Positions 7,467 to 15,623 of a stretch of DNA of 18,317 nt are shown here, piece after piece. The stretch comes from Abditibacteriaceae bacterium. GTDB taxonomy: Bacteria > Armatimonadota > Abditibacteriia > Abditibacteriales > Abditibacteriaceae. Numbering within the stretch: the first letter of the stretch is position 1; each line of letters opens with the position of its first letter. Where the stretch lies: positions 1 to 18,317 of the forward strand of contig JANMKN010000126.1 of the NCBI GenBank assembly GCA_031372065.1. The letters are read 5' to 3'. Below the pieces are notes generated by a model. That model did no database searches and had not been told where the DNA came from. It saw only the letters and a program-made list of their open reading frames with translations. The translations under genes were made by a program, and so were the position numbers.

Positions 7467-8438
7467 TTACTCCCGCACCATAATCGCGCCGCATTTGGCG
7501 CACAAACCAGCCTGAGTTTTGAACAAACTTTTGCCGCCGCATTTGCCGCAACGCGCTTCCCATTTTCGAGGTCGGCGCATGACGCGACTGCCTGCAATAC
7601 CACGCGTGCTATGACCATTTTGGGATTCCGCTTCACTGCCGCCAATCATTCCGGCGCGGCGCAAGCGCGCGATGAGATCGTCATCTACTTCCATCGCATC
7701 GCGCATTTTCTGGCGCAAGGCGGCATCACGCCGGGCGCGTTTGGTTTCAGAATTTTCGACAACACGCTTTTGCTTTTCTGATTCGCCATATTGAGCCGCA
7801 AGGTCTTTCGGCACACGCATCCGTTTGGCTTTCACCAGCGCGACATCGTCTTTCTGAACGACAGGTTTGGCGGCTGCTTTTGGCTGCATTTTGCCCACGT
7901 TGCGACGCGGTTCTTTGGCAATCGAGGGCGTTTTTTCGAGGCGAGTCGCGGTTGTTTTCCGCTTGTGCCGTTTGGTTTTGCGCGGCGCTTTCGCCATCAC
8001 TTCGGCTACGTTGGGCTTGCTGCGCGTAGAAGTCAAACTTTTAGGCGCAGGGGCCGCAGTTGCCTTTTTCGCAGTTGACCTTTGCGTTGTTGGCTTCGCT
8101 GGAATTTTGGGCGTGACAGAAGCAGCTTTTTTCTGGGGCGCGGGCTTCGCTTTGGCGCGAACCGGCGTCTTTTCAAGAGCAGGCTTTGGCACCCTCGGCG
8201 TGTTTTTTGTTGGCTTCGGTGCTGTTTTTTTGGTTGTTGGCGCGGCTTTTTCTGTTACCAGTTTGGCGACCACGCTTGTTTTTTTACTGCTTGATTTTGC
8301 CTTTTCGGGCGCAGCTTCAGGCGCGGTTTTAGCATTGCGCGGCTTTGACGCCACAACTTTTTTCGCCGTGGTCGCACGAAGCAGCGGTTTGGTTGCAACA
8401 GTTTTCAGGGCGGTCTTTTTGGGGGTGGCAGCAGGCAT
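7467..8438 (-). CDS. histone H1-like Lys/Ala/Pro/Thr-rich basic protein with C-terminal C4 zinc ribbon
   Basis: About 200 aa of low-complexity K/A/P/T sequence, then a charged helical segment, then CGKC-x12-CAKC at the C-terminus. Start taken as ATG 8438 (MPAATPKK). Confidence 0.75.
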   Translation of the reverse strand: MPAATPKKTALKTVATKPLLRATTAKKVVASKPRNAKTAPEAAPEKAKSSSKKTSVVAKLVTEKAAPTTKKTAPKPTKNTPRVPKPALEKTPVRAKAKPAPQKKAASVTPKIPAKPTTQRSTAKKATAAPAPKSLTSTRSKPNVAEVMAKAPRKTKRHKRKTTATRLEKTPSIAKEPRRNVGKMQPKAAAKPVVQKDDVALVKAKRMRVPKDLAAQYGESEKQKRVVENSETKRARRDAALRQKMRDAMEVDDDLIARLRRAGMIGGSEAESQNGHSTRGIAGSRVMRRPRKWEARCGKCGGKSLFKTQAGLCAKCGAIMVRE

Positions 8439-8528
8439 GAGAAACCTTAAAATAATTTCACTGATTCGAGTGATAATGTCGCAGTGTAGCCGGAATTTTG
8501 TTCGCAAACAAGTGAAATTTCACGATTT

Positions 8529-8820
8529 TCAGGTTTTAATTCCCCAGCCGCCGCCACCGGGCATTTCAAGGCGAAGAATGGCGCCTTTTTCGAGGCGGCG
8601 CGCGAAAGAAGCGGGCAATTCTTCGATTTGGTCGCCTAAAATCAAAAAATTTCGGCCCCGTTTGCCCGCGCTGCCGTTTTGCGCGCCCCACGGCGCGATT
8701 CGGCGACAAGGCGCTCCTTGATATTCGGCGAATAAGCCGTGCGGCGCAGCGCCTCGCCCATTTCTTCGGCAATTCCAGCAAAGCGCTGGCGATAAATTTC
8801 CAGCGTAATGGCGTTGCTGC
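8529..8820 (-). pseudogene. hydantoinase B/oxoprolinase pseudogene with internal deletion
   Basis: One minus frame reads NAITLEIYRQRFAGIAEEMGEALRRTAYSPNIKERL (family N-terminus, 8815-8708). It joins out of frame to RRIAPWGAQNGSAGKRGRN...LRLEMPGGGGWG (family C-terminus). No in-frame start codon. Confidence 0.85.
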
Positions 8821-8898
8821 GCCACTCGGTTTAGTCGATTGCGAACACTTTGGCAACAAACCTTGATTGTTCCAACAACCTAAGCCAAAATAGAGTGC

Positions 8899-10083
8899 AT
8901 GATTTCATCGGATTTGGACGATTTGAAGATTGGTGTCATTGGTTCGGGCGGGCGCGGCGGCTTGGCAACGCACGCCCATAAACCGGGCGAAGGCTCGCGC
9001 GTCGTGGCGTGTTGCGATGTCAATGCGGAGGTTTTAAAAACAAATCAAGAAAAGTATGGCGACAAGATTTTCGTTACAGAAGATTACCGCGAACTCTTGA
9101 AATTGCCGCTTGATGCCGTTTTTATCTGCGTGCCCGATTTTCTGCACGAGCAATATGCTGTCGAAGCGTTGCAGTCGGGCAAAGCAGTTTATTTAGAAAA
9201 GCCGATGGCAATTACCACCGAAGGCTGCGACCGCGTTTTGCAAGCGGCTTTGGATAGTGAGCAGCGCCTTTATGTTGGTCATAATATGCGCCATATGCCG
9301 TTTGTTCTGAAGATGAAAGAACTAATTGACGGCGGCGCCATAGGCGAAGTAAAAACGGTTTGGTGCCGCCATTTTGTCGGGCATGGCGGCGATTTTTACT
9401 TTCGCGATTGGCACGCGGAAAGTCGCTATTCCACAGGCCTGCTTTTGCAAAAAGCAGCGCACGATATTGACATTATGCACTGGCTGGCAGGCGGCTATAG
9501 CCAGCGCGTCAATGCACTGGGCGGTTTGATGGTGTATGGCGAAGTGGACAAGCGTTTGCCTGAAACCAACGGCCCGCGCGCCATTGAAAGACCGCTGATT
9601 CGCATGGAGGCGTGGCCGCCCAAAGAGCAGCGCGAATTAAATGCGAACATTGATGTCGAAGACCTTTCGCTGATGCAAATGCAACTCGACAACGGCGTTT
9701 TCGCGGCTTATCAGCAATGCCACTTTTCGCCCGATTATTGGCGCAATTATTGTGTGATTGGCACACAAGGGCGCATTGAAAACTTCGGCAACGGCGAAGA
9801 TGGCACGTTGGTGAAATTATGGAATCAGCGCAAATATGGTTGGAGTGAAGCGGACGAGATTTTCGTGGTCAACGCCACCAGCGGCAGTCACGGCGGCGCT
9901 GATCCGCGCATTGTCGCCGAGTTTTTGCGTTTTGTGCGCGAGGGCGGCAAAACCAACACCTCACCGCTCGCCGCGCGCTATTCGGTAGCAGCGGGCTGCG
10001 CCGCGACCTATTCACTGCGCAACGGCGGCGTTCCGGTTGACGTGCCACGCGCCACGCCGCAAATTGAAAAGCACTTCGCGTAA
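8899..10083 (+). CDS. Gfo/Idh/MocA family oxidoreductase
   Basis: Motifs KIGVIGSGGRG, DAVFICVPDFLH, VYLEKPMA, GLLLQKAAHDIDIMHWL and HGGAD. Confidence 0.93.
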   Translation: MISSDLDDLKIGVIGSGGRGGLATHAHKPGEGSRVVACCDVNAEVLKTNQEKYGDKIFVTEDYRELLKLPLDAVFICVPDFLHEQYAVEALQSGKAVYLEKPMAITTEGCDRVLQAALDSEQRLYVGHNMRHMPFVLKMKELIDGGAIGEVKTVWCRHFVGHGGDFYFRDWHAESRYSTGLLLQKAAHDIDIMHWLAGGYSQRVNALGGLMVYGEVDKRLPETNGPRAIERPLIRMEAWPPKEQRELNANIDVEDLSLMQMQLDNGVFAAYQQCHFSPDYWRNYCVIGTQGRIENFGNGEDGTLVKLWNQRKYGWSEADEIFVVNATSGSHGGADPRIVAEFLRFVREGGKTNTSPLAARYSVAAGCAATYSLRNGGVPVDVPRATPQIEKHFA

Positions 10084-10087
10084 ATTT

Positions 10088-10930
10088 TTACGAGCGATTG
10101 CTAAAGCGTTCGCGCATTTGGGTGGCTTGTTCACGGTGCTGCGAAGAGGCTTGATTGCGCACAATATCAAGGGCGAGGTAGGCGAGAATCTCGGCATACA
10201 TACCGAGGCGATGGTGAAAGCCTTTGAGAATGCCGATTTTTTCTTCTTTGACTGGATGTGTCACGCCATGCAAAGGCACGCTGGAGACTTTTAATTTCCA
10301 AACGTATTTCACATAGCGCGTAATCGCCGTTTCGATGCCAAAACGCGAATTTGTCAGGCCCGGAACGGCTAAAAACACTTCGCGGCGAATGGCGCGTTGT
10401 CCGGTTAAAGCCGCCATTTGACGATGGCAAACGCCCAACCACCAACCGAAAATGCCGCCGCGCACTGCGCCGAATAATCCCAGAGCCATATCAGCGCGAT
10501 CAGTCGACTCATCGCAGAGCATCGGCGCTAATAAATCATCAACTTGCTGCGTTTCGAGGCCAATTAAATCGGCATCCAAAAAAAGCAAGACTTCGGCTTC
10601 AGTGCGAAGCGCGCCATAGGTCATAGCGCCGCCTTTGCCGATGTTGTGTTTTAGCTCGAAAATGCGCAATTCGCGGCAACCGGTGCCACGCGCGGCATTT
10701 TCGGCCAAAAGAGGGGCCAAACGCTCGGCCACGGCGCGCGCTTCGATGGCAGTATTATCGGAGCAACCATCAGTAACCACGATAATTTCATGAACCAATT
10801 GCGCCTGCGCCACAGCTTCCAAGACGGCGCTGATACGTCCGGCCTCGTTGTAAGCCGGAATGACAGCCGCCGTCGTGGTCGGAGTAAACAAAGTGGCTTC
10901 CCGCTGGGCGGTAGTGAATGGTGTAGTCAC
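10088..10930 (-). CDS. glycosyltransferase family 2 protein
   Basis: Motifs [40 protein letters not shown] and FGIE. GTG start overlaps the thioredoxin TGA by 4 bp. Confidence 0.9.
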   Translation of the reverse strand: MTTPFTTAQREATLFTPTTTAAVIPAYNEAGRISAVLEAVAQAQLVHEIIVVTDGCSDNTAIEARAVAERLAPLLAENAARGTGCRELRIFELKHNIGKGGAMTYGALRTEAEVLLFLDADLIGLETQQVDDLLAPMLCDESTDRADMALGLFGAVRGGIFGWWLGVCHRQMAALTGQRAIRREVFLAVPGLTNSRFGIETAITRYVKYVWKLKVSSVPLHGVTHPVKEEKIGILKGFHHRLGMYAEILAYLALDIVRNQASSQHREQATQMRERFSNRS

Positions 10931-11253
10931 GAGAGCACCTCATCGGCGACTTCGCGCAGTTGGCGGCGGCTGGTAAAGCCGACCACTTGCGCGACGGGTT
11001 CGCCGTCCTTGAAAAACATTAAATTGGGAATTTTCTGCACGCCATATTGCAAACTGAGCGGCTCGAATTCGTCCACATCGCATTTTACGATCTTGAGACG
11101 GCCTTCATAATGGCTCGAAAGCTCATCCAGCAAGGGCGCGACCATGCGACATGGCCCGCACCACGGCGCCCAGAAATCCACCAGAACCGGAACCGACGAT
11201 TGCAAAACTTCTTGGGCGAAGTTGTCATCGCCTACCACAACGACTTGAGACAT
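10927..11253 (-). CDS. trxA: thioredoxin (WCGPC)
   Basis: [15 protein letters not shown] and the cis-Pro loop [10 protein letters not shown]. Start taken as ATG 11253. Confidence 0.93.
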   Translation of the reverse strand: MSQVVVVGDDNFAQEVLQSSVPVLVDFWAPWCGPCRMVAPLLDELSSHYEGRLKIVKCDVDEFEPLSLQYGVQKIPNLMFFKDGEPVAQVVGFTSRRQLREVADEVLS

Positions 11254-11281
11254 AAGAATAATGAATACCAACCAAATGCCA

Positions 11282-11333
11282 CAAACGGCGAAGCGGGCAC
11301 CATGAAGAATTCAGGTGTCCGCTTCGCCGTTTG
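11282..11333. terminator. long intergenic stem-loop between the two thioredoxin genes
   Basis: CAAACGGCGAAGCGGGCACC-N12-GGTGTCCGCTTCGCCGTTTG forms a 20-bp stem with one imperfect pair. There is no long U tract, so it may be an attenuator or stability element rather than a terminator. Confidence 0.55.
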
Positions 11334-11340
11334 GCGCGCG

Positions 11341-11670
11341 TCAATCGCTCAGAATTTCCTCGACCACGGACGAAAGTTGAGATTCGTTCTTGTAGCCAAC
11401 GACCTGATTTACGATTTGCCCATCTTTGAAGAAAATGAGATTGGGAATCGAAACCACACCATACTGCGCGGCGATTTCGTGATTCTCATCCACATTGCAC
11501 TTCACAACTTTGATTTGACCAGCAAATTTGCCGGCCACGCTATCCAACACGGGGGACAGCATTTTGCATGGCTGGCACCACTCTGCCCAAAAATCCACGA
11601 CAACCGGTGTAGTGGCCTTCACAACTTCTTCATCAAAGTTTCCAGCCCCAACCGAAGCAACGTTCGACAT
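11341..11670 (-). CDS. trxA: thioredoxin (WCQPC variant)
   Basis: VVVDFWAEWCQPCKM and YGVVSIPNLIFFKDG; strong SD AAGGAGG. Confidence 0.93.
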   Translation of the reverse strand: MSNVASVGAGNFDEEVVKATTPVVVDFWAEWCQPCKMLSPVLDSVAGKFAGQIKVVKCNVDENHEIAAQYGVVSIPNLIFFKDGQIVNQVVGYKNESQLSSVVEEILSD

Positions 11671-11764
11671 AATCTTCCTCCTTGAGAATACAACGGCACT
11701 AACGAATTTGTATCGCCCGCCTTTCGCAACGGGCCTAACAATTTCCGAGGTGCCGCCTTCGCTC

Positions 11765-11785
11765 GTTGAATTTCAGAAATTCAAC
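11765..11785. promoter_or_regulatory. perfect palindrome, candidate operator upstream of the trx operon
   Basis: GTTGAATTT-CAG-AAATTCAAC. Confidence 0.45.
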
Positions 11786-11951
11786 ACGCCAGCAGGCTAA
11801 AACTTATAGCTTTCGGCAGACGATTTAAACCACGGCGGGTTGCGAGACAAATGCGCTTGTCACTGCCTAAGTCTCCCAGCGCCCAACATGGTTAATGTGT
11901 TTTACGTCAGCAGTCGCATTTCATCTACTGCTTTTTGCTACGCTCTGCCCT

Positions 11952-13154
11952 TCACCGACCAACGAAACCAGCATGATTGCCGGTATTCGGGGCTGTTTTA
12001 GCACCGCCACGCTGGTTCGCAATCAAACGTCCGAACAGCACATCCAGCGCCAAATTGGTGTTGGCGTTGCGTAAAATATAGTGACGGGTTCGCCGCACTT
12101 GGTCAAGGCCAAGCGCCCAAACGGCGGGTTCAGCCAACCTCGAACCGCCACCATTTTCTCCTTTTAAACTTTGCTCCCAACGCGCCCGATAAACCGTTGC
12201 CAGTTCATCCAAAAAGCGCGCTGTGGCCGAGCGCATTTCTTTGGCGTCCAACTTTTTGCCCGCACTTTTACTGCTTTTATCGGCGCGTTCGAGGTTTTGG
12301 TCTTCATTCCACCACGTTCGCGCCAAACGAAGCGCTTCTTCGGTCAATCCCAAGGCGCCGACGGGCTGCGACTTGGCAATGCGCGCCACTAATTTTTCCG
12401 CTTCGGCAAAGCGCGGCAAAGGCACTTCTTCTGCTTCGTCCTGCGCCATCAAACGACGCGTTTCGCGCCAGGCAGCACCGGCGCGGCCATGCGCCACACG
12501 CAAAGATTGGCGCACAAGATCAGGCGCGGCTTGGGCAAATTGTGCGTGCAGCCATGAGGCGATTTCGGCATCAGGCGAAAGTCCCAAAGGCAAGTGCCAA
12601 AGGCGTGAACGGACCGTTGACAATAACTGGCCAGGGTTGTCGGCCAGCAAAACAATCGTCAGGCCCCGCACCGGTTCCTCAAAAGTTTTGAGCAATGAAT
12701 TTTGGGCCTGCATATTCATGCGTTCGCATTGAACTATCATCATAACTCTTCGCGCCCCGACGGTCGGGCGCATCATGGCCTCGAAGCTAAAGTCCCTTGC
12801 CATATCCACGAGAAAAGAACTACCTTCTAACAAATCGGATGCGATTTCATTTACGGTGAGCGAAACCACAGGACGAAAAACTTTGTAATCGGGAAAAGTT
12901 TCGATTTCGACTTGATGACAAATGCGGCAATGGCCGCACGGGGCGGGCAAACTATCATCATCAGTCGCCACATTAGGGCAAAGCAAAAGCTGCGCATAGC
13001 GTCGCGCCAAGGTTTCTTTTCCCGTTTGCGGCGGGCCGCTAATCAGCAGACTTTGCGGCACCCTGTCCTTGGCAAACGCCCGCGCCAACGCTGCCCAACG
13101 CTTTTGGTGGCCGACGATATGGAGGCTGGAGGTTGGATGTTGGATAGTGGTCAT
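11952..13154 (-). CDS. holB: DNA polymerase III subunit delta'
   Basis: IVGHQ, QSLLISGPPQTGKET, zinc module LLC...PCGHCRIC, AQNSLLKTFEEP, LLSTVRSR and C-terminal NANTNLALD. Follows tmk. Start is ATG 13154 or GTG 13184. Confidence 0.9.
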   Translation of the reverse strand: MTTIQHPTSSLHIVGHQKRWAALARAFAKDRVPQSLLISGPPQTGKETLARRYAQLLLCPNVATDDDSLPAPCGHCRICHQVEIETFPDYKVFRPVVSLTVNEIASDLLEGSSFLVDMARDFSFEAMMRPTVGARRVMMIVQCERMNMQAQNSLLKTFEEPVRGLTIVLLADNPGQLLSTVRSRLWHLPLGLSPDAEIASWLHAQFAQAAPDLVRQSLRVAHGRAGAAWRETRRLMAQDEAEEVPLPRFAEAEKLVARIAKSQPVGALGLTEEALRLARTWWNEDQNLERADKSSKSAGKKLDAKEMRSATARFLDELATVYRARWEQSLKGENGGGSRLAEPAVWALGLDQVRRTRHYILRNANTNLALDVLFGRLIANQRGGAKTAPNTGNHAGFVGR

Positions 13155-13263
13155 GCGTAATGTTTGCAAACTGATTCTTAGCACCCTAACGTGCGTTTCC
13201 CCTCGTTTTCAGGCCGCAGAGCCTTGATTTTCACGAGAAATCACATATTTGTCACAAATTCTT

Positions 13264-13535
13264 CACGATTCTGTTCCAAGACATACCAATTCTGTAAGCA
13301 AACAGACCGATTCTCTACGCCGACAGCCCAATTCTCTAAGCAAACACACCGATTCTCTACGCCGACAGGCCGCTTCTGCATCAAAGCAAGCCAGTTCTCT
13401 ACGCCATCTAACCGATTCTGCACGAGAGCAAGCCGATTCTGTAAGCGAACACGTCACTTCTCTACTGATTTTCCCGCTTCTGTAGGCCGACAGATGGATT
13501 CTCTACCAAATCGGCTCACTTCGGCACGAGTTCGC
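13264..13535. repeat. degenerate 21-bp tandem array (13 units)
   Basis: TTCT core at 13269, 13290, 13311 and so on to 13458 (every 21 bp), then 13478 (one 20-bp unit), 13499 and 13520 (TTCG). Most frequent unit ACCGATTCTCTACGCCGACAG. Confidence 0.9.
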
Positions 13536-13589
13536 CTCGGCGCGGCATTTATTTAAGAACTCTTAAACAGGCGCGATGTGAAAGGGTGT

Positions 13590-14207
13590 TCATGCGCCGT
13601 GTAAATTGCGTTCGCGCAGGATGTTTAAAACGAACTGATGAACTTCATCCGGCGCGGGCGCGGCATCAATGAGGACAACACGTTTTGGTTCGTCTTGGGC
13701 AATTTGCAAAAAGCCGTGACGCACTTTTTCTTGAAACTCCAAACCGCGCGCTTCGATGCGATCTTCGCCGCGTGTGGCCCGGCGACGTTGTTGTGCTGTT
13801 TCCACATCTACGTCGAAAACCAAAGTCAAATCGGGCACTGCCGACCATGTGGCAAAAGCGTTCATTTGCTTGATAAATGAAATCGCCAAATCCAATCCGG
13901 CGCCTTGATAAGCCACGCTGGAATCCATAAAACGATCACTTAAAACAATCGCGCGGCGCCCCAAGGCGGGGCGAATGACTTCTTCGACGTGTTGCGCGCG
14001 GGCGGCGCCAAAAAGCAGCAATTCGGCGCGCTGCGCCAAGGGGTGCTGCGTGTGCAGAAGATAATTGCGAATCGCCTCGGCGAGTTGTGTGCCGCCCGGT
14101 TCACGCGTGGTGACGACTTCGCGCCCTGTTGCCCGAAAATAATCGGCCAATAAGTTCAATTGCGTGCTTTTGCCGCAACCATCTATGCCTTCAAAAGTGA
14201 GGAACAA
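13590..14207 (-). CDS. tmk: thymidylate kinase
   Basis: FLTFEGIDGCGKST, TREPGGT, AELLLFGAARAQH and LSDRFMDSSVAYQG; TTG start. Confidence 0.96.
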   Translation of the reverse strand: MFLTFEGIDGCGKSTQLNLLADYFRATGREVVTTREPGGTQLAEAIRNYLLHTQHPLAQRAELLLFGAARAQHVEEVIRPALGRRAIVLSDRFMDSSVAYQGAGLDLAISFIKQMNAFATWSAVPDLTLVFDVDVETAQQRRRATRGEDRIEARGLEFQEKVRHGFLQIAQDEPKRVVLIDAAPAPDEVHQFVLNILRERNLHGA

Positions 14208-14217
14208 GAGAGTAGTG

Positions 14218-14269
14218 AGTGAAAAGTGATGAGTGAGGGATTCCTACTTTTCACTCGTCACTTTTCACT
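14218..14269. repeat. AGTGAAA-heptamer inverted repeat (hairpin)
   Basis: AGTGAAAAGTGATGAGTGA ... TCACTCGTCACTTTTCACT forms a 19-bp stem with one imperfect pair. It overlaps the upstream gene's stop. Confidence 0.78.
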
Positions 14270-15125
14270 TGATTTTGTCAATGGCCTGCTGAATCATGGC
14301 GGCAGACTTTTCGAAGCCGGGTTTAGAACGCGCCAAGCGCACGGCGGCACCCCATTTGGCTTTGGCTGCCACGTCGTTTTTCTGCTTGCGGAGAATCAAG
14401 CCTTCGTCCCACAGTTTTTTCAACTGCGCTTTGACAGCGGGATTAGGCTGCACCCCAGAAGATGCTGTAATCGGCGCAACGCCAGTTGGCGCAGCACCAG
14501 TTGGCGCAGCACCGGTTGGCGCGGCTCCGGTTGGCATTGCGCCCGTTGCTGGAGTAATAGCTGCTGCACCGGCATTTTCTTCATCGTGAGGCTGCTGCGA
14601 ATACCAAAAGGCGCCGCCGCCGCCGACAATAATCAACACCAGCAAAACGGGCAAAATCTTTTTCAGGCCACCGCCTTCTTTCTTGGGTGATTCACTCGGA
14701 GGCGAGGCGTTGGGAGACATATCAAAAGGAGTTGACGCACCTGCTGATGAAGTGCCGCTGCCAGCAGGATCAACAAAAACACTGCTATTCATCGGCGAGG
14801 CAGTAGCCTGAGCAGGAATGTCTACCTGTGTGCCGAAATCGCCGAAATCTTCCGGTTCATCCGTCGAAAACACCGAAAAATCAGCTTGAGGTGCCGAAGG
14901 AGGCACTGAAAAATCGGCCTGCGCCGCCGTCGGGGTCGCAGGAAGCGGATTGGCGGCGGCTTCTTCGGCCATCGCGTCAAACCATGATTCGTCTATGGCT
15001 TCTTCAACGGGCCGCGCGCCGGAACGGTTTGGCGCAGGAGCATTAGCACCATTTGCCCCTTGAGAAGTGGATTGATCTTCTTCGTTTGTAGCCTCGCCCT
15101 TTTTGCGGCCAAAAGAAAGCGCCAT
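14265..15125 (-). CDS. single-pass membrane protein: acidic disordered N-terminus, (TGAAP)n linker, helical C-terminal domain
   Basis: SD AGGAGG; TM segment ILPVLLVLIIVGGGGAFWY preceded by KK; 15-bp coding repeats near 14480-14545. Confidence 0.8.
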   Translation of the reverse strand: MALSFGRKKGEATNEEDQSTSQGANGANAPAPNRSGARPVEEAIDESWFDAMAEEAAANPLPATPTAAQADFSVPPSAPQADFSVFSTDEPEDFGDFGTQVDIPAQATASPMNSSVFVDPAGSGTSSAGASTPFDMSPNASPPSESPKKEGGGLKKILPVLLVLIIVGGGGAFWYSQQPHDEENAGAAAITPATGAMPTGAAPTGAAPTGAAPTGVAPITASSGVQPNPAVKAQLKKLWDEGLILRKQKNDVAAKAKWGAAVRLARSKPGFEKSAAMIQQAIDKIK

Positions 15126-15174
15126 TACTGCCTCCTGAATCGGGTGAATTAAAATTCGCTTTGAAAATTGCGCG

Positions 15175-15200
15175 AAAAACCGGCTGGCATTAGCAACCGG
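15175..15200 (-). terminator. probable intrinsic terminator after the cupin gene
   Basis: Minus strand CCGGTTG-CTAATGC-CAGCCGG followed by TTTTT. Confidence 0.5.
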
Positions 15201-15254
15201 CGACGCCCGCAGTTTATATGAATTATTCGCCCTGCGGCCATAAAACAGAAATTT

Positions 15255-15617
15255 TTATTCGCACAAAATTGTATCTTCGTGCGAATAAGCCGGTGCGCAA
15301 CAACACAAAAACACCAAATCTTCGGCGCCTGTGTTCCAGATTTTATGTTTCTGCCGGGCGGAAATCAAAACCGCGTCACCACAGTGCAAATCACGCGTTT
15401 CATCTTCGATGCACAAACAAGCTGTGCCACGCAAAATGTAATAAATTTCTTCGGCCTGCGGATGAAAATGCTCCGTCGTCGCGCCGCCCATCGGCAACGT
15501 CGCTTCAGCCAAACTTTGATTTTGCGCACCGGAAAAATTCGGATGCACTATTTCCCGAATTTGCGAACCATCGGCAGTGATAAAAGACGTGGCGCTGTCG
15601 CTGTGGAAAATTTGCAT
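15255..15617 (-). CDS. cupin domain protein
   Basis: Cupin motifs EHFHPQAEEIYYILRG and GDAVLISARQKHKIWNTG, plus FITADGSQIREI and CAPAYSHEDT. Confidence 0.9.
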   Translation of the reverse strand: MQIFHSDSATSFITADGSQIREIVHPNFSGAQNQSLAEATLPMGGATTEHFHPQAEEIYYILRGTACLCIEDETRDLHCGDAVLISARQKHKIWNTGAEDLVFLCCCAPAYSHEDTILCE

Positions 15618-15623
15618 AAGAAA

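Noticed and set aside
7867..8721. 284-aa hydrophobic plus-strand ORF
   Set aside because: Antisense of the Lys/Ala-rich gene. AAA codons read as Phe, mimicking a membrane protein.
13191..13556. 121-aa ORF and other short ORFs over the 21-bp array
   Set aside because: Repeat-derived open frames with no clear SD. The 20-bp unit shifts the repeat register, so no CDS is supported.
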